Assembly (NCBI GenBank): GCA_047974845.1
Contig: JBKECQ010000041.1
Span: forward strand, 37,314 to 101,313
Length of the DNA: 64,000 bases
Origin: Aminipila sp.
Lineage (GTDB): Bacteria > Bacillota > Clostridia > Peptostreptococcales > Anaerovoracaceae
Direction of reading: 5' to 3'
Both the position numbers and the translations under genes were made by a program. The notes beneath the pieces were generated by a model, which made no database searches, was not told the origin of the DNA, and saw only the letters and a program-made list of their open reading frames with translations. Of this stretch, positions 54,954 through 64,000 are shown piece after piece (the stretch's first letter is position 1; every line of letters starts with the position of its first letter).

Positions 54954-56447
54954 ATGAAAAAAATTTTATCGCTGTTAGTTATCGTGGCTCTTTTAATGAC
55001 CTCTGGCATTACTTCGTTTGCAGCTAGTTCTGCTGATGAATCTTTGGATAAGCTTTCTGTAAGTAAGAGCAAGAGCTCTAGCTCAAGTAAAACTTATGAG
55101 ATGCTTCCGAGATTTGACCCTGAAATAGCTGATTATTATGTTTTCTTGCCAGAAGATTTTGATTATGCATATATTTATATGAAGCCTGAAAGTAAAAGCT
55201 ATAAAGTTTATTGTGATGGAGAAGAAGTAGATGACGATGATGACTATTATGCGTACATTAAGAATATTTCAAATGAAGATGATATTGACATTGTAGTTAG
55301 AGATAAGAATGATGATAAGCTTGATACATATACAATAACCTTTTTAAAAGGTCGAGAAAAAGACAATGATGAAGCTAGACTTTCTGATCTTTATGTAAAG
55401 ACAAAAGATGGCAGGGATTCTTATTCAAAGGTATCTTTAAATAAGGAATTTGATAGATCGGAAGATTCATATTCAGTATCCGTTAAGGAAAATGATTATG
55501 ATTCTATTAGAATCTATGCAGAGCCTAAGGATTCCAGTGCCTATACTTTTATAAATGGAGAATGGCTAAAAAAAGACGAATATGTTGACGTAAAGGTGGA
55601 AAAGGGCAAAAATGAATTTAAGATAAATGTTGTTGCAGAAAATTGTGAGGATACTGAAGAATACACATTAACTGTAAATTATGATACAACTGATACTGAT
55701 AAAAAAGCTGAAGCTATACTTTCTACACTATCCGTTAAAGACAATTTAGGGAATAACATAGCATTAAGCCCTATGTTTAATTCAGGGAAGAAACATTATA
55801 CTGCAAGCGTAGGAAGCCATATTAACAGTGTTAACTTCTATACTACTACAGGAAATAATACATCTATGTACCTAAATAACACACAGCTAAAGAGTTCTAT
55901 TTGGAGTCAGAACTATAATCTGGTAGAAGGAATGAATACTTTTACAATTACTGCATATCTGACCGGGGATTCATACGATACAAAAACATATTCTGTAAAT
56001 GTTTTTAAGTATCCTAAAAAAATAGAAGCTTATATTAGTGCTCAAAAACTAAATATTAATGGAATTTCAAAACAACTTAAGGCATACAATATTGCCGGAA
56101 ACAACTTTGTAAAACTAAGAGATATTGCAAGCCTACTTGCGGGAACTAATAAACAATTCTCAATTGGATATAATGAACTTTCAAATTCTATATCATTATT
56201 GAGCGGAGGTTATTACACTCCTAATGGACAAGAAAACTCGAACTTATTGAAGGCAAAAGAAATAATGATATCAATTCAACCTGTAACTCTTGACAATCAA
56301 CAGATTTCTTTGACTTCATACAATATAGATGGAAATAATTTTGTGATGTTAAGGGACTTAGCATTGTTGCTTAACTTTGGATTAACATATAATTCTGCAA
56401 CTGACACAATTCAAGTATCTACAAACAGTGCTTATATGTCTAACTAA
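54954..56447 (+). CDS. Secreted protein with cadherin-like beta-sandwich repeats and a C-terminal copper-amine-oxidase-N-like domain
   Basis: A signal peptide from the ATG at 54954, repeats beginning L..L.V/LS.LYVK/LSTLSVK, and two C-terminal motifs (AYNIAGNNFVKLRDIA; SYNIDGNNFVMLRDLA). Confidence 0.7.
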   Translation: MKKILSLLVIVALLMTSGITSFAASSADESLDKLSVSKSKSSSSSKTYEMLPRFDPEIADYYVFLPEDFDYAYIYMKPESKSYKVYCDGEEVDDDDDYYAYIKNISNEDDIDIVVRDKNDDKLDTYTITFLKGREKDNDEARLSDLYVKTKDGRDSYSKVSLNKEFDRSEDSYSVSVKENDYDSIRIYAEPKDSSAYTFINGEWLKKDEYVDVKVEKGKNEFKINVVAENCEDTEEYTLTVNYDTTDTDKKAEAILSTLSVKDNLGNNIALSPMFNSGKKHYTASVGSHINSVNFYTTTGNNTSMYLNNTQLKSSIWSQNYNLVEGMNTFTITAYLTGDSYDTKTYSVNVFKYPKKIEAYISAQKLNINGISKQLKAYNIAGNNFVKLRDIASLLAGTNKQFSIGYNELSNSISLLSGGYYTPNGQENSNLLKAKEIMISIQPVTLDNQQISLTSYNIDGNNFVMLRDLALLLNFGLTYNSATDTIQVSTNSAYMSN

Positions 56448-56461
56448 GTATTAAGAGCTGA

Positions 56462-56497
56462 AAAATTCCCTTCAAGGCTTAGGCTTAGGAATTTTTG
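56462..56497 (+). terminator. Intrinsic terminator after the cadherin-like gene
   Basis: AAAATTCC...GGAATTTT followed by TGT, 15 nt after the stop. Confidence 0.55.
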
Positions 56498-56544
56498 TAT
56501 ATAACTTGTGCCACGTATGAAAGATACGTGTAAATATTTAAAAT

Positions 56545-56582
56545 AAAAGGACATTCTAATGAAATAGAATGTCCTTTTTTAT
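56545..56582. terminator. Bidirectional terminator (serves the - strand rluA-family gene)
   Basis: AAAAGGACATTCTA-atgaaa-TAGAATGTCCTTTT flanked by A- and T-runs. Confidence 0.8.
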
Positions 56583-56611
56583 TTAAGATTTTTAATAACT
56601 ATATATTCATG

Positions 56612-57517
56612 CTATGCTTTTAATTTTTCAATGGTTTCTAACATATCCTTAGGAAGCTCTGCTTCAACTTCCATAAACTCTTTACTAACAGGATGATAAA
56701 AAGATAAATACCTTGCATGAAGTGCCTGTCTTTCAATTAACCAAGGATTTTCGCCGCCATAAAGATGGTCTCCCAGTACCGGATGTCCAATGTGAGACAT
56801 ATGTACTCTTATTTGATGTGTACGACCTGTCTCCAAAAGCAATTCAATAAGGCTGTAGCCTTTTGTATATCTTTCAAGAACCTTATAGTGAGTAACGGAA
56901 GGGTATCCGTCTTCCATGACACCTCTTTCAACTTTTTCAGGATCAGGTCGACCTAAAGGCGCATCTATTGTGCCACTATCTTTTTCTACGATACCTTTTA
57001 CTATAGCAACATATCTCTTGGCTACTTTATTTTCCTTCATTTGCTTTGTAAATTCATCTTGACTATGAGAATTTTTGGCTACCACAAGTAGTCCGGAGGT
57101 ATTCATATCAAGCCTATTTATGAATCTGATTTTAAAGCTTTGTTGGGTATCAATCATGTATTGCATGATGCCATTTGCCATAGTATGAATAGGGTGGCCC
57201 TTGGTAGGGTGAACTACATATCCCGGTTGCTTATTGATAATAAGTAGGTCTGTATCTTCAAATACCGGATTTACTTCAATATTTTCAGGAAGAAAATCAC
57301 TTTTTTCTTCCGGTAGTTCAATAGTTATTATATCTCCTTGTTTTGCGTTAAGGTACATTTTTATTGATTCACCATTGACAAAGAATAGGTTATTTTGTTT
57401 TAACTTAGTCATTAATCTACTGGAAAAAGTAAAGTTATTTCGAACTAATTCCTTATAGGACAGTCCAATGTCACTTTCTTTTACGATATATTCAAATTTA
57501 TTTGTTGTGTTTTTCAT
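56612..57517 (-). CDS. RluA family pseudouridine synthase (RluD-like, with S4 domain)
   Basis: An N-terminal S4-like region, the catalytic HRLD equivalent (NRLDMNTSGLL), and the GRTHQIRVH motif. Confidence 0.88.
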   Translation of the reverse strand: MKNTTNKFEYIVKESDIGLSYKELVRNNFTFSSRLMTKLKQNNLFFVNGESIKMYLNAKQGDIITIELPEEKSDFLPENIEVNPVFEDTDLLIINKQPGYVVHPTKGHPIHTMANGIMQYMIDTQQSFKIRFINRLDMNTSGLLVVAKNSHSQDEFTKQMKENKVAKRYVAIVKGIVEKDSGTIDAPLGRPDPEKVERGVMEDGYPSVTHYKVLERYTKGYSLIELLLETGRTHQIRVHMSHIGHPVLGDHLYGGENPWLIERQALHARYLSFYHPVSKEFMEVEAELPKDMLETIEKLKA

Positions 57518-57527
57518 ATTACCTCTG

Positions 57528-58334
57528 TTATAAAAATTTAGTCTTTACTTTATTCCAAAAATCATAGTTTTCGAAACGAAGCAGATTTACAATTTTGTCA
57601 GAAAACTCAATTGTGATATTTGCAATATTATGATAGTTATACTCCAAATGATCTGTTGTGATTTTAATACCATGCTTTTTCATATATTCAGGTATTATAC
57701 CTAGAGAAAGGTCTGAAGGCAATACTAAACTTGAAGTAAATGAACGGTAAGCAGTAGTATTCATAGGAGCTATTGGTGTTACTTGGATTAGCTTTAAACG
57801 TGGATCGATAATACATCCGCCTAAAGAATAATTATATGCAGTACTTCCGGCAGGAGTAGAGACTAATATCCCATCGCCACTAAATCTTTCAATAAAGCTT
57901 CCGCCTATGGAAATATTTAAATGTACGGGGTGAGAAAGTTCACCTCTTATAACTATTTCATTAAGCCCTGTATGTTCAAAACTGTTGCCATCATCTGTGG
58001 TTATAACTGCTTTTACAGTTGACAACGGTTGAAGGCAATATTTATCCATTTTATAATGAAATATAAAGTCATCAAGTTGATTTCGGCCTATTTCCTGAAA
58101 AAAACCTAAATGACCAGTGTTTACACCTATAAAAGGTATATTAGGAAAAGAAAATTTATGTATGCCTTCTAAAAAGGCTCCATCGCCACCGATGCAAACA
58201 ATAAGCTCAGAATCAGAATCAAGAGAGTCTGAGACTATAAATCCGTTACCTTCTAACTTTTTGGTTAGTAATTTTTTTGTCTTAATTGATAACGCAGTAT
58301 CATTTGTGTGTATTGTAACAACTCTGTTTTTCAT
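57528..58334 (-). CDS. nadK: NAD kinase
   Basis: GGDG (CIGGDGAFL), NTGHLGF and STPAGSTAY motifs. Confidence 0.92.
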   Translation of the reverse strand: MKNRVVTIHTNDTALSIKTKKLLTKKLEGNGFIVSDSLDSDSELIVCIGGDGAFLEGIHKFSFPNIPFIGVNTGHLGFFQEIGRNQLDDFIFHYKMDKYCLQPLSTVKAVITTDDGNSFEHTGLNEIVIRGELSHPVHLNISIGGSFIERFSGDGILVSTPAGSTAYNYSLGGCIIDPRLKLIQVTPIAPMNTTAYRSFTSSLVLPSDLSLGIIPEYMKKHGIKITTDHLEYNYHNIANITIEFSDKIVNLLRFENYDFWNKVKTKFL

Positions 58335-58469
58335 TAGTACATACCAATCTTTTTAATCCTAAATAACATATTATGTTATTCCTATAAGTGATATATTAAA
58401 ATAAGTAAGAAAATTACGCCTTAAGGCAATATAAATTACCTTAAGGCTCAGTTCCTTTACCAATATAAA

Positions 58470-60269
58470 TTACACTAGTGATTCAAATTCGTCAACTAGG
58501 TTTTCAAATTCTTTCATAGCAAGCTGGATAGGTTCAGGAGAACTCATGTCTACACCTGCGATTTTTAATAGCTCGATAGGATAATTTGACTCACCGGTTC
58601 TAAGGAAGTCAATATATTTTTCTACTGCTGATTTACCTTCAGATAATATCTTATTTGAAATTGCAGTTGCTGCCGAATAACCTGTAGCGTATTTATATAC
58701 ATAGAATGAGTTGTAGAAGTGAGGTATTCTTGCCCATTCATATTTAATATAATCGTCATCTCCAAGCGCTTCTCCAAAATACTTCTTATTTAATTTTTCA
58801 TATTCTGTACACAACCATTCAGCTGTTAATACTTCTCCCTTTTCAACAGCTTCATGAGTAAGAAGTTCAAATTCTGCAAACATAGTCTGACGGAATAAAG
58901 TAGTACGGAACTCCTCAATATGAAGATTTAACAAATACTTCTTCATTTCTACATCTTTGGCATTATTCAATAAATATTGCATTAACAGAGACTCATTTAC
59001 AGTTGAAGCTACTTCAGCAGTAAAGATAGAGTGCCCACCATATACAAATGGCTGAGTTTCTCTAGTATAATTTGAGTGCATGGAATGACCCATTTCGTGG
59101 ACTATTGTAAATACATCCTTAAGTTTTTCCGAATAGTTGAGAAGGATGAACGGCATACTGTCATAACTTCCGAAGCTATAGGCACCGCTTGTTTTACCTT
59201 CATTTTCGTAAACGTCAATCCAACCGTCAGAAATACCTTTGTTTACTCTTGAAAGATAATCTTCCCCCAAAGGATTAAGCCCTTCACGCATAATATCAAG
59301 AGCTTCGTCGTAAGAAACAGTCTTATTTGGAACTTCAATCAGAGGTACATATACATCATACATCTTTAAAGTATCTACTCCCAAAAGCTTTTTACGCAAG
59401 TTCATATATCTATGCATTGTAGGTAAATTCTTATTTACAACATCTATTAAATTATAATATACATCTTTTGAGATGTTATCTCCTGACAATGCCGCAGATA
59501 GTGAAGAATCGTATCTTCTTATTCTGGCGCCTACTACGTCTGTCTTAGTATTATAATTGTAAATTGTTGCAATTGTATTAATCTGATTTTTATATGCTTC
59601 ATACATATGGTCAAATGCATCTTTTCTAACGCGTCTGTCATATGATTCAAGAAGATTAATATACCTTCCGTGGGTTACCTCAACTTCATCACCATCTTCG
59701 TCAGTAATAGTGCCAAATTTTATATCAGCATTGTTAAGCATGGTAAATATATCATTGGTAGCAGAAGTAACTTCACTCATTTGAGCTAAAATATTTTCTT
59801 CTTCCTTTGACAGTACATGGGCTTTTTCTCTTAGAATATCTAAGATTAAATATTCGTATACCTTTAAACCCGGTTCCTCTTTAATAAAGCCTAATAATTT
59901 ATCTTCCGGGATTTCCAGTAATTCAGGAATAAAGAATGACATTGCGGCTGAAGTTTTAGCAAGTAAAGCATGGCATTTATCAGCCAGAGTTTGATATTTA
60001 TTGACTCTGTTATCTTCATCACGTCTCATCCGTGCATAAACATAAACTTTTTCTGCAATCTGCCATATTTTATCTTTTTCTTTCAACGCCTCAAGAAGCG
60101 TAGAAGCACCGGTTCCAAGAGTCCCTTGATATTTGCTAAATGCATCATCTAAACTCATGACAGTATTGTAATCCTTGTCCCAGTCATCTTCATTCGGATA
60201 CATACTTTCTATGTTCCACTTATATTTTTCTTCTATCTCGTTTCTTGATTTAGTTTTTTTGTTACCCAT
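58470..60269 (-). CDS. pepF: Oligoendopeptidase F (M3B family)
   Basis: The HEMGH zinc motif in a TIVHEMGHSMH context, a length of about 600 aa, and the PepF-type N-terminus (R.EI...YKW..E..Y). Confidence 0.92.
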   Translation of the reverse strand: MGNKKTKSRNEIEEKYKWNIESMYPNEDDWDKDYNTVMSLDDAFSKYQGTLGTGASTLLEALKEKDKIWQIAEKVYVYARMRRDEDNRVNKYQTLADKCHALLAKTSAAMSFFIPELLEIPEDKLLGFIKEEPGLKVYEYLILDILREKAHVLSKEEENILAQMSEVTSATNDIFTMLNNADIKFGTITDEDGDEVEVTHGRYINLLESYDRRVRKDAFDHMYEAYKNQINTIATIYNYNTKTDVVGARIRRYDSSLSAALSGDNISKDVYYNLIDVVNKNLPTMHRYMNLRKKLLGVDTLKMYDVYVPLIEVPNKTVSYDEALDIMREGLNPLGEDYLSRVNKGISDGWIDVYENEGKTSGAYSFGSYDSMPFILLNYSEKLKDVFTIVHEMGHSMHSNYTRETQPFVYGGHSIFTAEVASTVNESLLMQYLLNNAKDVEMKKYLLNLHIEEFRTTLFRQTMFAEFELLTHEAVEKGEVLTAEWLCTEYEKLNKKYFGEALGDDDYIKYEWARIPHFYNSFYVYKYATGYSAATAISNKILSEGKSAVEKYIDFLRTGESNYPIELLKIAGVDMSSPEPIQLAMKEFENLVDEFESLV

Positions 60270-60644
60270 TTCTAACCTCCATGTATATTATAAATTGTAT
60301 AATACAGTTTCTATTTACATATCATACATAATTGTTTAATATATTATGTATATCTTAATTCATTTAAAATGAATAATATATGGTATATTTTGACCACAGG
60401 GATTTTTATTAAAATATTATAAAAAAACAATAATATTTTTAGAACGACGCAATGTGTTAATCTAAGCTGTTTAACACGTTATTAATAAATTAATAATGTG
60501 TAACAAAGCTATAAATTTATGAATAAGTATTTATAAGTACGTCAAAGCTTATTATACCATAATTTACATACTTATATGTATTTTTTTCGAATACACAAAG
60601 TGCAGTTTAAGTGAGAGTTTATATTAAAGTGAGGGATAGCGAGC

Positions 60645-61280
60645 ATGAATTATGATGAGTTGTTAGAGAAGTTAGACATTGAAAATCCAAATGAGTTTCA
60701 ATATTTTGAACACTTTGCGGATTTAATGGAGTGCGATGAGTATATTTCATATGATGCTCTTTTTGAATTAATATCACAGGTTGATAAGGCAGTTCTAAGT
60801 GAGCTTATTGAAAATTATTTTGAAGAAATATCCGAAAGTCTACCGGATGATGGAACAGAGGCATATACCTTGTTAAAGACTGTTAGTATGTCTTTAAGGG
60901 GAATGTTAAAACCAATGCAAGAAGATGATGGTGAAGATTACGACAGAGAGCTGGTGGCTTTCACTTCTGAGCTTGAAAGGTTTAGAAACTGGTATGTTAT
61001 AGACAGCAATATTCAATGTGCCAGCAAGAAAGATGGGAAGATAAAAGAGGTTTCATTTTTTGATGCACTTATATTATCAAGATTGGAAAAACTCAATGAA
61101 GAGGAATACTCATATGGATTTGATGAAGGTCTGGACTATAGCATTGATGAATATGTTGTTTCCTTTAGTGATGTTATTGAAGACGAAGAGGACAATGAAG
61201 GGTATATAGAAGAAGACTTGGAAGAAGATCCTGAATCAGAATATATGAAGGGACTTGAAGAAGACGAATACGACTTTTAG
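60645..61280 (+). CDS. Highly acidic protein of unknown function
   Basis: An RBS GTGAGGGA, an intact 211-codon ORF, and a very D/E-rich C-terminus. No family recognised. Confidence 0.55.
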   Translation: MNYDELLEKLDIENPNEFQYFEHFADLMECDEYISYDALFELISQVDKAVLSELIENYFEEISESLPDDGTEAYTLLKTVSMSLRGMLKPMQEDDGEDYDRELVAFTSELERFRNWYVIDSNIQCASKKDGKIKEVSFFDALILSRLEKLNEEEYSYGFDEGLDYSIDEYVVSFSDVIEDEEDNEGYIEEDLEEDPESEYMKGLEEDEYDF

Positions 61281-61345
61281 TCACACAATTTTATTTAACC
61301 GCATATTATGATTAATAATAGTATCATACATATGGAGGTTAGATT

Positions 61346-61546
61346 ATGGGTGACGGTAATTTCTGTGAAAAAGAGTGTTTTAGAGATTGTAGAGACAAAT
61401 GCGATGATAGATGTTACGACGATTGTTGCTGTAACAACAATGATTGTGGTGGATCAGGTCATATTATACTTATTTTAATTGTTCTTTACTTACTTTTCTG
61501 TAATAATAATGGAAAAGGCGGCGGACTATTCGGTGGTCTGTTCTAA
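61346..61546 (+). CDS. Small Cys-rich protein with one TM helix and a Gly-rich tail (YjcZ-like sporulation peptide, tentative)
   Basis: An RBS GGAGG 7 nt upstream. The 66 aa comprise 10 Cys in residues 7-34, the TM HIILILIVLYLLF and the tail GKGGGLFGGLF. A strong terminator follows. Confidence 0.6.
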   Translation: MGDGNFCEKECFRDCRDKCDDRCYDDCCCNNNDCGGSGHIILILIVLYLLFCNNNGKGGGLFGGLF

Positions 61547-61570
61547 AACATAATAAAAGTAAAAAATAAA

Positions 61571-61611
61571 AAAATCCCCTCTGCATACATGAATTGCAGA
61601 GGGGATTTTTT
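61571..61611 (+). terminator. Intrinsic terminator
   Basis: AAAATCCCCTCTGCA-loop-TGCAGAGGGGATTTT followed by TT. Confidence 0.9.
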
Positions 61612-61821
61612 ATGTTATTTTGAGTTATGGTTTTGATGAATAATACATACTTGCTATTAATTTTTTAATAAATTTATTAATAAATTAATAAAAAAATGGT
61701 ACAAGCTATGATATATTTTATTTAAACTTTCTTTTGTGAAATTTCTGATTAATAGCAATTTACTGGTAATGCGGGTTTTTTTCAGTTACAAATACAAAAA
61801 AATGATTAGTTTTATCTATGT

Positions 61822-61836
61822 TGGCATAGGCTTTGC
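61822..61836 (+). promoter_or_regulatory. Sigma-54 (-24/-12) type promoter: TGGCAT-aggct-TTGC
   Basis: GG and GC have canonical spacing (TGGCAY-N5-TTGC). It lies about 64 nt upstream of the aminotransferase ATG at 61900. Confidence 0.65.
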
Positions 61837-61899
61837 GAATATATATTGCAAGATAAAAAAATATCAATTTGTTTACTAATCAGTATTGGAGGAGAAAAA

Positions 61900-63255
61900 A
61901 TGGAATTAAAAAATGCATTACCTAAAATTATTACATCAGAGCTTCCTGGCGAGAAGGCCAAGAAGATTATTGAAAGAAGAGCAGAGTCTATTCCAAATGC
62001 TATTAAATGTATATATCCTTGCGTAATGGAAAGAGCGGAAGGGGCAATGTTTGAAGACGTTGACGGAAACCTTTTCCTAGATTGGATTGGTGGAGTTGGT
62101 GTTACAAACGTGGGTTATAGTCAGCCGAAAGTAATAAAAGCTGTACAGGAGCAGGCAGAAAAATACTTCCACAGCATGATGAACATAACTACACATGAAG
62201 GATATATTAAGCTTGCTGAAAAAATGAATCAGATTGTACCTGTTAGAGGAGAGAAAAGAAAAACAATGTTCTTAAACAGTGGTGCGGAAGCGGACGAAAA
62301 TGCTGTTAAGATTGCAAAAGGCTATACAGGACGTCCTAATATCATTGTATTTAGTGGTGCATTCCATGGAAGAACTCTTATGACTATGGCTATGACCGGT
62401 AAGAAAGCTTATTCAGTTGGAATGGGACCTTTCCCTGATGGTGTATATCGTGTTGAATATCCATATTTATACAGAGCTCCAAAGGGTCTAACTGAGCAAG
62501 AAGCAATTGATTACTACGTTAACAAAATTGAAACTGCATTTATTGAAGCTTCTCCGGCGGAATACATAGCAGCTATTGTTTTAGAGCCGGTTCAAGGTGA
62601 GGGTGGATTTGTACCAGCGCCAATTGAATGGGTTAAAGCTATAAGAAAAATTTGTGATGAAAAGGGAATCTTGCTGATAGCAGACGAAGTGCAGACCGGA
62701 TTTGCACGTTCAGGTAGAATGTTTGCCAGTGAATATTGGGCAGAAGCCGGTTGTGCTGCGGATATTATTACAACAGCTAAGTCAATTGCCGGTGGTGCAC
62801 CAATAAGTGCTGTAACAACCAGTGCAGAAATCATGGATAAAGTTCCTGCTGGAACTATTGGTGGAACATATTGCGGAAATGCACTTGCCTGTGCGGCGGC
62901 ATTAGAAGTTATAAATATTATGGAGACTGAAAAGTTCCCGGAAAAGGCTCTTAAAATTGCCGATAAAGTAATGAATATATGGAAGAAATGGCAAGAACAA
63001 TATGAGGTTGTAGGCGATGTAAGAGGCGTTGGAAGCATGATGGGTATAGAGTTTGTTAAGGATAAGGAAACCAAAGAACCAAACCCTGAAATTGTAAATA
63101 AAATTGTTAAGGAAGCTTGGAATCATGGATTACTTTTAGAAAGCGCAGGAACTTATGGAAATGTTATACGTTTCCTTGCACCGCTAGTAATTACTGACCA
63201 GCAGTTAGATGCAGGTTTAGCTATATATGAAGAAGCTATTAAAGCAAGTCTTTAA
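61900..63255 (+). CDS. Class-III PLP aminotransferase (4-aminobutyrate / 5-aminovalerate aminotransferase-like)
   Basis: GabT-like blocks (DVDGN.FLD...G.GV.N.GY..P.V..A...Q, LNSGAEA.ENA.KIA, DEVQTGF.R.G). The ATG at 61900 follows an RBS GGAGGAG. The listed TTG at 61846 would sit at the predicted sigma-54 transcription start. Confidence 0.85.
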   Translation: MELKNALPKIITSELPGEKAKKIIERRAESIPNAIKCIYPCVMERAEGAMFEDVDGNLFLDWIGGVGVTNVGYSQPKVIKAVQEQAEKYFHSMMNITTHEGYIKLAEKMNQIVPVRGEKRKTMFLNSGAEADENAVKIAKGYTGRPNIIVFSGAFHGRTLMTMAMTGKKAYSVGMGPFPDGVYRVEYPYLYRAPKGLTEQEAIDYYVNKIETAFIEASPAEYIAAIVLEPVQGEGGFVPAPIEWVKAIRKICDEKGILLIADEVQTGFARSGRMFASEYWAEAGCAADIITTAKSIAGGAPISAVTTSAEIMDKVPAGTIGGTYCGNALACAAALEVINIMETEKFPEKALKIADKVMNIWKKWQEQYEVVGDVRGVGSMMGIEFVKDKETKEPNPEIVNKIVKEAWNHGLLLESAGTYGNVIRFLAPLVITDQQLDAGLAIYEEAIKASL

Positions 63256-63262
63256 CAAAAAA

Positions 63263-63325
63263 CAGATAGGTAAAAGTAGGTTGAGTTGAAATAAGAAACA
63301 GCATAGTTAAAAGTAAGTTGAGTTG
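63263..63325 (+). repeat. Two copies of a roughly 25-nt direct repeat (CAGATAGGTAAAAGTAGGTTGAGTTG / CAGCATAGTTAAAAGTAAGTTGAGTTG)
   Basis: The copies are at 63263-63288 and 63298-63325, in the aminotransferase/Fe-ADH intergenic region. Confidence 0.75.
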
Positions 63326-63489
63326 TATATAAATAAGGTTATGGATGTCGGGAGCTATCCAGCTCCCGGCTGGAACGGAATAAAAAGTAAGAGAATGTAT
63401 TTTAAAACGAAAATGGATATTTATTGGGGCAAAACTTAATAGAGTATGATTTTCAAAATGAAATTAATAAATAACAGGGAGGGAATAAA

Positions 63490-64000
63490 ATGCTAGCACT
63501 AAGAGTGGTTCCGAAAATATTTTACTTTGATACATTTAAAGAGTTCCATCAGGAATTCAACATAGGTCCTAGAGATGTTTTGGTTACAAATGAATGGTTG
63601 TATGATGCGTTTATTAAGCCGCTTGATATAAATACCAATGTAATAGATCAAGGTGACTTTGGGCTTGGAGAACCTTCTGATGAAATGATTGATGCTATGT
63701 CAAAGAAAATAGGCGAGTATGACTATGATAGAATTATTGCTTTTGGAGGCGGGACAATTGTAGACATATGTAAGATTCTAGCTTTAGATGTTCCGGAAAA
63801 GTCAGTAGACTTGTTTACAGGAGTTGTGCCTCCTAAAAAAATTAAAGAATTAATTATTGTACCAACAACTTGTGGTACAGGAAGTGAAGTTACAAATGTT
63901 TCAATTGCAGAATTAAAGTCCATTAATACGAAAAAGGGTATAGCAGTAGAAGAAACATATGCCGATGCAGCTGTTTTAATTCCGGAGACACTTGCAGGGC
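63490..64000 (+). CDS. Iron-containing alcohol dehydrogenase, 4-hydroxybutyrate dehydrogenase-like; 3' end outside the window (not in the ORF track)
   Basis: The ATG at 63490 follows an RBS GGGAGGG. The frame is open to the window end: MLALRVVPKIFYFDTFKEF...IIAFGGGTIVDICK...IVPTTCGTGSEVTN (Fe-ADH GGGS/T..D and TT.GTGSE motifs). Confidence 0.8.
   Translation, partial: MLALRVVPKIFYFDTFKEFHQEFNIGPRDVLVTNEWLYDAFIKPLDINTNVIDQGDFGLGEPSDEMIDAMSKKIGEYDYDRIIAFGGGTIVDICKILALDVPEKSVDLFTGVVPPKKIKELIIVPTTCGTGSEVTNVSIAELKSINTKKGIAVEETYADAAVLIPETLAG

Overview
This is an AT-rich, densely packed segment of about 60 CDS, mostly on the + strand. It reads like core chromosome of a spore-forming, motile Clostridia-class Firmicute: SLH-domain wall proteins, a YkwD/CAP protein, a YjcZ-like peptide and an MCP are present.

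Recognisable content, left to right:
- ftsE-ftsX-M23 peptidase-recJ-like-S41 peptidase
- CaCA antiporter (- strand)
- yerC, Sfp-type PPTase, MBL hydrolase, recX
- a chemoreceptor
- Ile T-box plus ileS
- rlmN
- EamA transporter and Nudix hydrolase
- CAP-domain protein
- 4-gene BMP-family (nucleoside-type) ABC importer
- ygiQ radical-SAM gene translationally coupled to an orphan beta-class DNA methyltransferase
- YitT
- ABC exporter
- a TrxB-derived fragment
- ECF sigma with DUF4179-type anti-sigma
- speA-speE-speB
- HD protein plus an unlisted 50-aa ORF (- strand)
- GNAT-SanA-TM/TPR-HDG-CPBP operon
- SLH/GH18 proteins, COG3910-like ATPase, NnrE, LysO-like, TspO, MATE, cca
- rluA-family, nadK and pepF (- strand)
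- a sigma-54-type promoter driving an aminotransferase plus an Fe-ADH (4-hydroxybutyrate dehydrogenase-like) gene that runs off the right edge and is absent from the ORF track

I saw no rRNA, tRNA, CRISPR, transposase, integrase or phage genes, so I cannot point to a clear multi-gene novel system such as a defence island.

The most unexplained signals:
1. A roughly 300-nt promoter-to-terminator leader with a built-in antiterminator mimic upstream of the polyamine operon. It matches no riboswitch class I can recognise.
2. The ygiQ-methyltransferase coupling.
3. A three-copy, roughly 40-bp palindromic intergenic element with a compensatory change between copies.
4. An exact-length 82-bp tandem duplication between the MCP terminator and the ileS T-box.
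5. The unlisted small ORF.

All family calls come from motif recognition by eye. No database search was run.
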